Of a stretch of DNA of 64,000 nucleotides, positions 1 to 9,239 are shown piece after piece. The first letter of the stretch is position 1. Each line of letters starts with the position of its first letter. The stretch comes from a virus: the IMG/VR virus record IMGVR_UViG_3300025127_000012. One strand, given 5' to 3'. The position numbers and the translations under genes were made by a program. A model generated the notes under the pieces. The model was not told where the DNA came from, ran no database searches, and saw only the letters and a program-made list of their open reading frames with translations.

Positions 1-1441
1 CTCCACCTGGTCCTTCAATTCCTGGGTCTGAACATTCGGTGGTGCCTAACAGTGGCATCCACCCCTTCGCCCTTGGTTTTCGACTCTTCCTCCCACACGA
101 AGTGAACTGTGCAATGAATCCGATGATTGCAGCGATGATATCTAAAACGCTGCTGAAATTTAATGCTGAGAAATTAACAGAGAAGATGCTACTAATACCA
201 TTAGCAATCTTTGATAGATTCTTGAATGTATTGATAGCAGATAACACTGTGTTTGCTATCTTATTAAATGCTGCAAGTGCTCCACAAATCTTTGATTGAA
301 TACCCTTCATTGCTCTCTCAACGAAGTCAGTAATAGATGCCAACATGTCATCAATCTTATTCATAACAAAGTCCATGACTCCTTGCAGGAATCCTCCCAG
401 ATTCCCGACTATCCCACTTATAGCACCAAGAAATCCTGGGACTGGTTTACAGAATATATCTTGAATGATTGACTGTATGATTGCCATGATCTGTTTGACC
501 ACGATCAATGGAACAAAGTTACTGACCGCTTTCATTATAAGATCAATCGCCATTTGCATCTTCTGTGCAAGAAACTCTTTCAATGGTGCCAACATACCAC
601 TGATACCATTGGTGATAAAGTTTGTAAGGTTAGTTAACTGATTGAGTGCTGCCTTACCTTCTATAACCATACCAGTGATAGCAGATACCATGTTGCCATC
701 AGAGTCCTGAGCGATAGATCCAAATGCCATACCAAGATCCGTCAACATACGTTGTAGATCTTTTTGAAATCCTTCGTTTGCTGGTCCAGTTGTACCATCA
801 GCGATACCACCTATGTTAGACGGTACACCAATAGGGTTAGTATATACATTAAATGGTGTCTCTACTTCTGCTCTATTAACTACACCACGAGATTGTTCTT
901 CCCCACCTGTTGCAGATCCTGGGGTTTGACCTTGTGCTTTTACATATGGATGTCCACCACCAGCATAGGTATTATTTAAACCTGTCTGTGCAGGGGTATC
1001 TGTTGCATTCTCATCAGCGATCTTATTGTTTGCGATGATAGTACGAGACATCTGGTTTGATGATCCTCTACCTTCTGATGTTCCCTCTGCATGTCTAAAC
1101 GTACGGAAAGCACCTAGCACACATGGTAGTTGTGCTTCTTCTCCATCTAAGAAGAAACCAAGAACCTCTGACCCTGGTTGTAATTCTGTTGTTGTACCAC
1201 CGTTCTTAGTTTGTGGTTTGTCTGTTGGTAGTAGTACAGTTGCCCACGGTAACATTTCCGTTGGAAGTGTTTGTAAGTAACTATCTGAACCATCATCTTT
1301 TGTTCTATTACCAGTATACCAACCGATAATACGCACACGAACTCTACCCAACTGGGCGGGATCCATGTGGTCTTCTACCTCACCAATCCACCAGTGAAAT
1401 CCGTCTCTGCCTGCGAAGTCAGTTTTAGTTCCTAGTGACAT
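1..1441 (-). CDS. gp5: Baseplate hub/central spike gp5 (5' part; runs off the window)
   Basis: Hand-translated from ATG 1441: MSLGTKTDFAGRDGFHWWIGEVEDHMDPAQLGRVRVRIIGWY...VLGFFLDGEEAQLPCVLG, the gp5 N-terminal OB-fold signature; not in ORF track because it has no stop in the window. Confidence 0.9.
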   Translation of the reverse strand, partial: MSLGTKTDFAGRDGFHWWIGEVEDHMDPAQLGRVRVRIIGWYTGNRTKDDGSDSYLQTLPTEMLPWATVLLPTDKPQTKNGGTTTELQPGSEVLGFFLDGEEAQLPCVLGAFRTFRHAEGTSEGRGSSNQMSRTIIANNKIADENATDTPAQTGLNNTYAGGGHPYVKAQGQTPGSATGGEEQSRGVVNRAEVETPFNVYTNPIGVPSNIGGIADGTTGPANEGFQKDLQRMLTDLGMAFGSIAQDSDGNMVSAITGMVIEGKAALNQLTNLTNFITNGISGMLAPLKEFLAQKMQMAIDLIMKAVSNFVPLIVVKQIMAIIQSIIQDIFCKPVPGFLGAISGIVGNLGGFLQGVMDFVMNKIDDMLASITDFVERAMKGIQSKICGALAAFNKIANTVLSAINTFKNLSKIANGISSIFSVNFSALNFSSVLDIIAAIIGFIAQFTSCGRKSRKPRAKGWMPLLGTTECSDPGIEGPGG

Positions 1442-1925
1442 TTGTTAAATCGTACTCCCTTTCAGTATTTAGACGTTCAAAACGGAAGAGTCCTTCCTCT
1501 TCTTCTTTACCCCATCTAAATTCTCCTGTATCTATATCTATACCAGTATCACGAGACTGATATAGAGAACCGTTAAAACATATCTCACTCTTTACTCTTG
1601 TATTTCTTAGGATGCAATCACCTCTTACTTCACCAAACCACCAACCACCGTAGTAACCCCATTGTAATTGGCAACCATCTGACTGTGAGTCTATATTAAA
1701 TGCTGATGTAACAACTGTATGCTCATCAATATACTCACACGTTAAATGATAATGTCTATATGCTGTGTCTTCTGTCTGGTAGTTATACCACTGCTTTAAG
1801 TCTAATACATTCTCTGCAATCTTTTGGTATAACACGTTTATCTGTGGCCATTTAGTTGGGTTCGTAAATGCCTGTTTTCTGTTACGGAATTGTCCAAGTA
1901 TCATGGACTCAAATAGTGAGGTCAT
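1425..1925 (-). CDS. cpeT: CpcT/CpeT-like bilin lyase
   Basis: G-x-F-x-N-x-x-QA-x-x-NP-x-x-W, QWYNY..YR, SRDTG.D..TG...WG motifs; typical cyanomyovirus position next to gp5. Confidence 0.85.
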   Translation of the reverse strand: MTSLFESMILGQFRNRKQAFTNPTKWPQINVLYQKIAENVLDLKQWYNYQTEDTAYRHYHLTCEYIDEHTVVTSAFNIDSQSDGCQLQWGYYGGWWFGEVRGDCILRNTRVKSEICFNGSLYQSRDTGIDIDTGEFRWGKEEEEGLFRFERLNTEREYDLTNVTRN

Positions 1926-2487
1926 ACCATCCAGTGATAATCATTTTCTCTTCGTTGGGTGCGGGGCATCCTTTGTGAAAATGTGTCCAGTCTGCTGGCC
2001 AGATCAGGGTTAATCCCTTCTTTGCTCTTACTTTACACTGTTGATACTCGAAGTATGTTTCACCACCTGTCTCAATAGTGTTAAGAAAAGTCATCCATGC
2101 CATGACTCTGCCTGCACATTGTGGGTGTGCATTACTTCTCTCACAGTGTAGCGAATGAAATCCACCACCGCGAGGATACCATTGTATATTGAAGTCCTCT
2201 AATAGGTCCCATTTGATAGATTTAAGAGTATGATAATGTTCAACATACTTTATAGTCACCTCTGCAAGGGCATCAATATATGCAGTTATTCGTTTGTCTT
2301 TTATATATCTAGGAATTGTCAAGTCAAGAGAATCTTTCATACTCTTGTCTACACCATGACCTGTGTGACCTTCTTCTTTATCGAAGTAATCACAGTCATT
2401 CCAGTAGTCAACAACTCCATCTACTATTTCATGATCTATCTTTGCACCACCGATAAAACTCTTTGGTGCATCCACATCAATAAACAT
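1909..2487 (-). CDS. 2OG-Fe(II) oxygenase
   Basis: FNIQWY..GGGF..LHCER, WMTFLN..GGET.F, IWPADWTHFHKG, KMIITGW. Confidence 0.9.
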   Translation of the reverse strand: MFIDVDAPKSFIGGAKIDHEIVDGVVDYWNDCDYFDKEEGHTGHGVDKSMKDSLDLTIPRYIKDKRITAYIDALAEVTIKYVEHYHTLKSIKWDLLEDFNIQWYPRGGGFHSLHCERSNAHPQCAGRVMAWMTFLNTIETGGETYFEYQQCKVRAKKGLTLIWPADWTHFHKGCPAPNEEKMIITGWYDLTI

Positions 2488-2490
2488 AAC

Positions 2491-2703
2491 TTAGTCGTCG
2501 TATACTAAGCACTCTGGTTCTTCTGGATTCTGATCACAAAATAGTTCAAGTGCGTTTGGATCATGGTGATCCTCTGGATGATGTTCCTGATATTCTACTA
2601 AGTCGTGAAGTTCTGCTTTTGCATGTCTGCGTGCAGCAGGACTTACTAATGGATCATGAATAATATCCTGATCCTTTTGGATGTGTTCTTCTATACTTTT
2701 CAT
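2491..2703 (-). CDS. cp12: CP12 Calvin-cycle inhibitor
   Basis: C-terminal LELFCDQNPEEPECLVYDD; marine picocyanobacterial-type N-terminus without the first Cys pair. Confidence 0.95.
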   Translation of the reverse strand: MKSIEEHIQKDQDIIHDPLVSPAARRHAKAELHDLVEYQEHHPEDHHDPNALELFCDQNPEEPECLVYDD

Positions 2704-2730
2704 TTTATTACTCGGTATTTACTACTATTT

Positions 2731-2760
2731 ATTATAGCATTAGTTCTTAGTGACTGGCAA
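2731..2760 (-). promoter_or_regulatory. Sigma70-like promoter upstream of cp12
   Basis: Minus strand TTGCCA-18nt-TATAAT with extended TGn, followed by an AATAAATA late-like box. Confidence 0.55.
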
Positions 2761-4299
2761 GGAACCCCTACACAAGTAAAGTTCTGTTGTTATTCCCTGT
2801 TTTTTATAGGTATGTCTTAGTCCTTTTACCAAATATTTACCAGAATATGTCTGGTCTCTTGCCACGTTTTTCTTACTCTCTTGTTTAGATGACGGTAAGT
2901 TTACTGTGACTACACACCCTGCATATAGTTTAGTATTTCCAGGGACTTTGATAGTAAGAGTGTGTGTATTTAATAGTGACCAACGTGCAGCAGAATATGT
3001 TGCAGCAGTTAGTACACTCTCATCTGCATCATCAGCACCACCTTTGGGTGCATTTGCTGTCTGATTATTGAACCCTGGCAGGATCTTGAACTTAGTTCTT
3101 GTAGGATATAGATCTGTATAAAAATCTAGATGCTCTTCTCTGTATGGTAAACCATCATGCAGTTTAGATGCTTTGGCAAATGTTTGTTTTAGATTAGATA
3201 CCATAGGTCCACTAATCGTTCCTGACGGTTTACCTGTCTTATCTTTATTTGCCAACTGTCTTTCAGTTAAATTATCCTTACTACCTAGTGACTTAGGTTT
3301 CCATGTGAATGATGTATCACTACCAGCGTTATTAAATGTTATATCAAGGTCCTTTGATGCATTATATAACGTCAGCAACTGTTCATTATTCAATGACCCA
3401 GCACTACCATCATTAGCAGTGTATGGTACATTGAGTTTTACCCACTCATCAAATGTTGTAGATGATGTAGCACCAGCATTAGGCATGTAACTATCAGTTA
3501 ACTGTGCCATGACAATACCATATGTACATTGTTTATATACACCCTGACGTAACTTATCTAATTGGTTTGCTCTTTCTGGATATATTACTTGCTCTATCTG
3601 ATAGAAATTTGTCCCTGGATTATACTGTCCTACGTTTGCTTGTGCATAGGTGTACTTTGCAATACTCTCCTGTTCACATAAAAGATCCATAGACTTAAAG
3701 TTCCATCCATCTCTGTTCTCGTAGAATAAGAAACCACTTTGCTTCTTACCTTTACCACTCTGTCTACTGCCTGCCTTTGTTCTACTAACCTTATCAGACA
3801 TATAAGATATGAGATCAACAGGTCGCCAGTTAGGTGACAACACATTTATATTTGTATGTGCTTCTATATGTGTTTTCTTAGATGAGTTCAAATGATCTTT
3901 AACCATTCTTTTGACTATATCTGTCTTACCAGATACAGGTCCGAACTGTCCAAAGGCACGGTTTGCTTCGTTCTCATATATTTCGGGTGACGAACAATGC
4001 AGAATATACATCTTTGCTCTTTCTTGTTTTACTATACTACCTATCTTGTATATCTGTAAGGTATGTTGTATCCTAGATTTCTTTTCTGTTGTAGATTCAA
4101 ATGTTATGTGAACTATCTCACTACCAAGTAAGTTGTCATCAAACTGTACAGTATCTAAGATAGTAAAATCACATCTTATAAATGAAGAGTCTATTGACTC
4201 AAACCAGTTAAATTCACTGACGAGTTCTCTTATATCTACCTTCTTATCTCCGATAAGAACATCAATTTTACTTAGTTTATAACTCTTAGCACTACTCAT
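2740..4299 (-). CDS. Baseplate hub/tail protein (gp27-like)
   Basis: FLFYENRDGWNFKSMD and VPGNTKLYAG...YSGKYLV..L.H motifs of hub proteins; lies between tape-measure-like genes and gp5. Confidence 0.6.
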   Translation of the reverse strand: MSSAKSYKLSKIDVLIGDKKVDIRELVSEFNWFESIDSSFIRCDFTILDTVQFDDNLLGSEIVHITFESTTEKKSRIQHTLQIYKIGSIVKQERAKMYILHCSSPEIYENEANRAFGQFGPVSGKTDIVKRMVKDHLNSSKKTHIEAHTNINVLSPNWRPVDLISYMSDKVSRTKAGSRQSGKGKKQSGFLFYENRDGWNFKSMDLLCEQESIAKYTYAQANVGQYNPGTNFYQIEQVIYPERANQLDKLRQGVYKQCTYGIVMAQLTDSYMPNAGATSSTTFDEWVKLNVPYTANDGSAGSLNNEQLLTLYNASKDLDITFNNAGSDTSFTWKPKSLGSKDNLTERQLANKDKTGKPSGTISGPMVSNLKQTFAKASKLHDGLPYREEHLDFYTDLYPTRTKFKILPGFNNQTANAPKGGADDADESVLTAATYSAARWSLLNTHTLTIKVPGNTKLYAGCVVTVNLPSSKQESKKNVARDQTYSGKYLVKGLRHTYKKQGITTELYLCRGSLPVTKN

Positions 4300-6488
4300 A
4301 ATATCTCAACTGGTTGTGTTGCAAGATCAGCAAGAAGTCCGAACCTTGGTTGGATGTAATCATTTGCAGGGATCACATATGGACTACCTCCACCTGTTAC
4401 GATTGGTGGTGTTTCCATAGGTGCTGCTGGTTGTTCAATAGGTTTCAAGTCTCCTGCCATTATTTGTGTTGATTTTTCATTTGATTCTACTGCATCTAAC
4501 GCATTGTTGTTTATCATGTCACCTGACATGAAACCTTTGACTGCTTCTTTTATCTGTGTAACTTTGTTTATTATCTGGTTCTTAACGTTACTTACATTGT
4601 TTATCGGTGGTGCTGTTATCTTTGCTGCTTGGAATGCTGCTTTGAGTTTATCAGAATACTGAGTTCCCTTTGTACCAAAGGAATCCTGACCTACTTTGTT
4701 TTGTGTTATATGAACCTTAGCACCCTGCCATCCTTGGTTATGTGCATACGCTAGTATCTCCATCTTTCTAAGTAAATCTGCGTCTGCATATTCTTTTACT
4801 GAGGAAAGATAGTTGTGGTTAGCGATGGTAAATCCAGCAAACAATCTCTCTTGTAATGCTCTATTGTTTCTGAACATAACACGCATGAACTTCCTAGGAT
4901 CTTCATCATGACCTGGGTCTCTCATACCCATGATGCGTGCACCGTCTGTCTTAGCAAGTGGACCCATCTGGTATCTACCATCATACATGTCATTGTTACC
5001 ACCAAATACTCTATACTTACCACTTGACTCTATGTCAGCAATAGTATTTCTGAATGTATCCCACATCTTTTTATTTGCACCTATCTTACTTTCAATCTTC
5101 TTATAAGGAACATTTGGTGCATTGATTGTATTACCAATCGCTTCTAATAGTCCACCCGCTGCCATAGGTGCAACATTAAATCCAGCAGACTTTGCTTGCA
5201 ACAGTCTAGTGTTAGTTAACCCTGGATTCTGTCGTGTTGCTGGTGTGTCATATGGTATAACAAATGCTTGCCCAAGTGGTCCACCACCCTGTGCCATTGA
5301 TGCAACATACTCTGTACCATGTCCTATGAATGATGTAGATCTACCACCATCTAATGATACAGGATATCCAGACATAGGACCTTTGATCCAACCACCCTTT
5401 GCCATTGGTGTAAATGCACCCGAATTAATGCTCACATTTCGTGCGTTTTGTATTGCTTCAAGATGTCCAGGATCACCTGGGTTTAATACCGTACCATCTT
5501 GTAATTGGATTGGTATATCATTATTAGGCATATTAGCAGTAAATGTCTCGGTTTCGTTACCCTCTCCACTATTTCGATACTCACTAAAAGATTGTGCTGC
5601 TTCTTCATCTTCTCGTGGTTTTTCTAATTCTTCGGCAGGATCACCAGTAGCACCTAAGAGAAACTTCGCTAATCCTAAACCAGTAATTAAGTTCACCAGT
5701 CCATTAATTAAACCACCAACACCTTCCATAAATTGTGTCAATGATTTCTGCAATTTACCTGATTTCCAGAACTTTATAACTTTCGCTATAACAGAAGGAA
5801 TACCTAACATTGCTAGGTTCATGGTAAACTTAACAAATTCAAATATCTTCTTGTATGTTTCTGGATCAAAAACTGCTGCGAGAGTATTCAGTCCTGTACT
5901 GATTAGAAAACCAGCAACTTTTGAAAAGAACTTGACTATATGTCCTATACCCTCGATAAGACTTTTCATCTTCTTCTGAGACTGTGGATCAGACATCCAC
6001 TTCATTACTTGATAAGCTATAAACTTACTAATAAGACCACCAAATAAAGTCGCTATGTTTTCTAGGAAACCAAATGCTGCCTTCCCAACCTTTTTCATAA
6101 CACCAAGACTACCCTTCAATGCAGTCTTTAACTTACTTTCCTGCTTTCCTTCTGACTTATCATCTTTCTTTCTACCCGCTTCATTAATTAATCTTGCTTT
6201 TTCGTCTTCTCTTTCCTGCTGCTCTACTTCTAAATGCTCTCGTCTCTTATTAAGTTGCTCTTCGTAATTTGATATAGTGGTTTTTGAATATTCTTGAAAT
6301 GTCTCTTTTAGATTCTGTGTAAGAATTGCAATACTATTAACAGTAGCACCTAAACTATTAAGTGCCTTAACGTTCTTAGTAAAATTGATAGTTGGTTGAG
6401 TAATAGTCTTATCCCCAACCTTAACTGTGATACCACCACGCTTGACAGTACCCGCGTTTACCATTTTGTATAGTCTTGCTTTTGCCAT
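4296..6488 (-). CDS. Tape-measure/gp29-like virion protein with lysozyme-like domain
   Basis: Coiled-coil then amphipathic helices; IADIESSGKY...DGRYQMG...AYAHNQGW resembles a lysozyme/transglycosylase fold; baseplate operon context. Confidence 0.6.
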   Translation of the reverse strand: MAKARLYKMVNAGTVKRGGITVKVGDKTITQPTINFTKNVKALNSLGATVNSIAILTQNLKETFQEYSKTTISNYEEQLNKRREHLEVEQQEREDEKARLINEAGRKKDDKSEGKQESKLKTALKGSLGVMKKVGKAAFGFLENIATLFGGLISKFIAYQVMKWMSDPQSQKKMKSLIEGIGHIVKFFSKVAGFLISTGLNTLAAVFDPETYKKIFEFVKFTMNLAMLGIPSVIAKVIKFWKSGKLQKSLTQFMEGVGGLINGLVNLITGLGLAKFLLGATGDPAEELEKPREDEEAAQSFSEYRNSGEGNETETFTANMPNNDIPIQLQDGTVLNPGDPGHLEAIQNARNVSINSGAFTPMAKGGWIKGPMSGYPVSLDGGRSTSFIGHGTEYVASMAQGGGPLGQAFVIPYDTPATRQNPGLTNTRLLQAKSAGFNVAPMAAGGLLEAIGNTINAPNVPYKKIESKIGANKKMWDTFRNTIADIESSGKYRVFGGNNDMYDGRYQMGPLAKTDGARIMGMRDPGHDEDPRKFMRVMFRNNRALQERLFAGFTIANHNYLSSVKEYADADLLRKMEILAYAHNQGWQGAKVHITQNKVGQDSFGTKGTQYSDKLKAAFQAAKITAPPINNVSNVKNQIINKVTQIKEAVKGFMSGDMINNNALDAVESNEKSTQIMAGDLKPIEQPAAPMETPPIVTGGGSPYVIPANDYIQPRFGLLADLATQPVEIL

Positions 6489-9043
6489 TATGTGAGTAAG
6501 GGACTAGGAGATTTTGAACCACTGATAACTTTTGGTGGCGGTGCTTGTACAGAACGTATGATCTGTTGCCTCGCTACCATGATTATTTGTTGTTGAGTAG
6601 ACTCTTTACTACGTTGAACCTTTGCTTCTGATGAACCTGTGAGAGTATCTACCTTGTTATTTATTGCTGATGTTGGTGAAGATTGAACTTGTTTTGGTTT
6701 AACCCTTGTATCATTTTTAGGTTTAACCATACTTGTCATGGGTTGTACTTTCGTTGACTCTTTATTCTTAATGTTATTAACCATTTCTGTATAGAGATTA
6801 TTCCATACAGTTGGTTTACCTTTGATCTTCTTACTTGTATCTTGGTTTGGAGTTACAAGACCACCTTTGGAGAAACCATCAGAATCAGTTACTGTTATTG
6901 TACTTCCATCTGATTCTTTCAGCGTTGTTGTACTCTGCCAAGTGGAGTGTCCAGTATTACCACCATTTGCATCTTGAAGCATTTTCTGCATATTTCTTCT
7001 CGCTTCAAGATACTTTATCGCTGCCTCATCACCATTCTTCTCCATGACATATAGTTCGTTAAGACTATACATTTGATCGTCAACACCACCAAAATCTAAA
7101 AGACTTATGTTCTTCCTATCCTGTGGGTTGATTCTAATGTCGTCGTCATTAAACTCTGCGTCAGTTTCTTCGATGAATTTCTTCATCTTCTCATCATTTT
7201 CTTGCTTCTTCTCTACGTCTGGGTCTCTAAGTATTGGTCTTGGACTTAATCCTAATGCATTAGCGAGTGGATCCTCTACCTCTGTTAACTTCTTGAATCC
7301 AGGCAATTTACCTAGACCTCTTAATAATTGTGCACCAATAAATTCTCCTGCCATACCTCCTGCTGCACCTGTGATGAATCCAGGAAAACCACCAAACGGT
7401 GAACCGATTGCAAAACCAGCAGCATATCCTAGTAGTCCAGATGTTGCACTTACAATAGCATTAATAGGAGACTCACCCATACCATAGTCTATGAGTCCCA
7501 TGACTGCTGCTATGACTTTATCAATACCACCTATCTTTACTCTTCCTTTTGCTTCTTTCAAGAACTTAGATAGGTTTGCCATCTCCTTGCTCTTCATTGC
7601 AATCTTAACATTCTTGATCGCAAAGTCTTTTGCATTCTTTAATCCAGTCTTTGCATTTTTAAGAGACAGTACCTTCTTAATGTTAGGGTTCTTTTCAATA
7701 ATAGGTTTAATAGTATTCTTTATCCTCTCCATCACAGGTTTGAACATCGCCTTCGGGTTCTTCACCATTTCTTTCAACTGGTTCATCTTTGCCCCTATCT
7801 TCTTACCCCAATCAAAGACACCACCCTTTACTTTGGTTGCAAGGTTCTTCATTCTACCAATATTCTTTGATGCCCACTCACTAGCACCCTTATATAAGTT
7901 CTTACCTTTCTCTACTGTATCCAGAGCAAAGTTCTTTGTCTTACTTGCAATATTCTTACCTCTGTTCCATATATTCTTACCAAAATTCATCACACCATCT
8001 TTCATCCCTTTCAGACCTTTCGATATGTTCTGGGGAGCATTCTTTACCGTAGACACTATATTGTTTTTGAAGTTCTTTACCTGTTTAATCTTGTTCCCTA
8101 TTTTTGATTGGATATTTCTTCTCATTCTACGAAGACGATCACCCAATGAATTCGGTTTCCTTGTTGGTTTTCCAGGTTTTCCAGGTTTTCCTGGTTTGCC
8201 AGGTTTCCCAGGAGGTCTAGGTATATTTGGTTTCCTCTGGAAGAAATTCTTGATTTTGCGTAGTGTATCACCAAGTTTCTTCATCTTCTTGTAGTCACCT
8301 ACAAGTTTCCATGGCATTAATAGTCTTGACGCTGCCCACAATGACCCTAATCCACCAAATATCTGTAAAACACCAAATATCTTATCAAATGCCTTACCTA
8401 TACCTTTACTGTCTGGGTTGGTGCCAAATACTCTGGTGATACCTTCCATAATTTGAGATACACCAAAACCACCAATCTTTGCAGCAGCACCTACTATGGC
8501 ACTTACTGCCTTTAATAATATCTCTGCGTTCTTTTGATTCTTAGGGTCACTCAACCAATCAAACGCTTTATATGCTACGAATGCTGTAAATGCTTTACTA
8601 ATAAAATTGACAATGGGTGCGAAACCTTTTAGAAGTCTCTCCCACCATTTCATCTTTTTCCCTTCTTTTTCTGCTATCTCTTCACCTACTTCTTCTCCAT
8701 CACCCTCTTCTTCTTCCTCTTCATCTTCTTGTGCACCTTCTGCTTTTTCGTCCTGCTTCCTTCCTTGCTCTACCAAAGGGGAGATAGGAGTTAAAGGTTT
8801 GATTAATTCTTTACGATGTTCATGCTCCTCATCTAGTAATGTATCTTCTTCTGTTACTAATGCAGAAGCAATATCTGCATGAACCGTCATGACCTCACTG
8901 AGATCTTTTATCTGCTGACCAAAATATGTGACTGCCCCACCCATCCTGTTCTGGGCAACTATGAGAGGACGCATCGCTTTGACCTGTGCCGAATTACCAC
9001 TAGGCGGTTTGACGTTAATATATTGTCTTAGCGTTGCTGCCAC
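6488..9043 (-). CDS. Tape-measure/gp29-like virion protein
   Basis: Long Lys-rich helical protein with a glycine-zipper segment (GLLGYAAGFAIG..GFITGAAGG); similar to downstream 730-aa ORF; follows gp26/gp51. Confidence 0.55.
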   Translation of the reverse strand: MAATLRQYINVKPPSGNSAQVKAMRPLIVAQNRMGGAVTYFGQQIKDLSEVMTVHADIASALVTEEDTLLDEEHEHRKELIKPLTPISPLVEQGRKQDEKAEGAQEDEEEEEEGDGEEVGEEIAEKEGKKMKWWERLLKGFAPIVNFISKAFTAFVAYKAFDWLSDPKNQKNAEILLKAVSAIVGAAAKIGGFGVSQIMEGITRVFGTNPDSKGIGKAFDKIFGVLQIFGGLGSLWAASRLLMPWKLVGDYKKMKKLGDTLRKIKNFFQRKPNIPRPPGKPGKPGKPGKPGKPTRKPNSLGDRLRRMRRNIQSKIGNKIKQVKNFKNNIVSTVKNAPQNISKGLKGMKDGVMNFGKNIWNRGKNIASKTKNFALDTVEKGKNLYKGASEWASKNIGRMKNLATKVKGGVFDWGKKIGAKMNQLKEMVKNPKAMFKPVMERIKNTIKPIIEKNPNIKKVLSLKNAKTGLKNAKDFAIKNVKIAMKSKEMANLSKFLKEAKGRVKIGGIDKVIAAVMGLIDYGMGESPINAIVSATSGLLGYAAGFAIGSPFGGFPGFITGAAGGMAGEFIGAQLLRGLGKLPGFKKLTEVEDPLANALGLSPRPILRDPDVEKKQENDEKMKKFIEETDAEFNDDDIRINPQDRKNISLLDFGGVDDQMYSLNELYVMEKNGDEAAIKYLEARRNMQKMLQDANGGNTGHSTWQSTTTLKESDGSTITVTDSDGFSKGGLVTPNQDTSKKIKGKPTVWNNLYTEMVNNIKNKESTKVQPMTSMVKPKNDTRVKPKQVQSSPTSAINNKVDTLTGSSEAKVQRSKESTQQQIIMVARQQIIRSVQAPPPKVISGSKSPSPLLT
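8165..8212 (-). repeat. 9-nt tandem repeat encoding (PGK)x5
   Basis: PPGKPGKPGKPGKPGKP in the 851-aa ORF. Confidence 0.85.
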
Positions 9044-9234
9044 TACATTGAAGTCCTATTCTTGTTCTGTTGTCTCTTAATTCGCTCTTCTTCTTCCTTC
9101 AAGTGTCCTATTAATAGGTTGACATACACATCACGTTCCCATGGAATCATATCGTTTAACTCCGTCAAACTATACTTGTGATGCTGCATTAATGCGAAGT
9201 TCGTCTTATAGTGATTCATAAGACTGTCATGCAT
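9043..9234 (-). CDS. gp51: gp51-like baseplate hub assembly protein (possibly the C-terminal part of a gp26-gp51 frameshift product)
   Basis: NFALMQHHKYSLTEL..MIPWERDVYV.LL..HL motif. Confidence 0.85.
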   Translation of the reverse strand: MHDSLMNHYKTNFALMQHHKYSLTELNDMIPWERDVYVNLLIGHLKEEEERIKRQQNKNRTSM

Positions 9235-9239
9235 TAATG

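Noticed and set aside
39-1338. Small ORF-track calls in the first 1.4 kb
   Set aside because: The region is occupied by minus-strand gp5, which the track missed because it runs off the window.
5122-8882. Long plus-strand ORFs (285, 126, 267 and 91 aa) opposite the tape-measure-like genes
   Set aside because: They mirror the real minus-strand codons (Phe/Leu/Ser-rich shadows of Lys/Glu-rich proteins) and have no SD or motifs. The same applies to antisense ORFs over talC, uvsX, gp43 and the 1472-aa gene.
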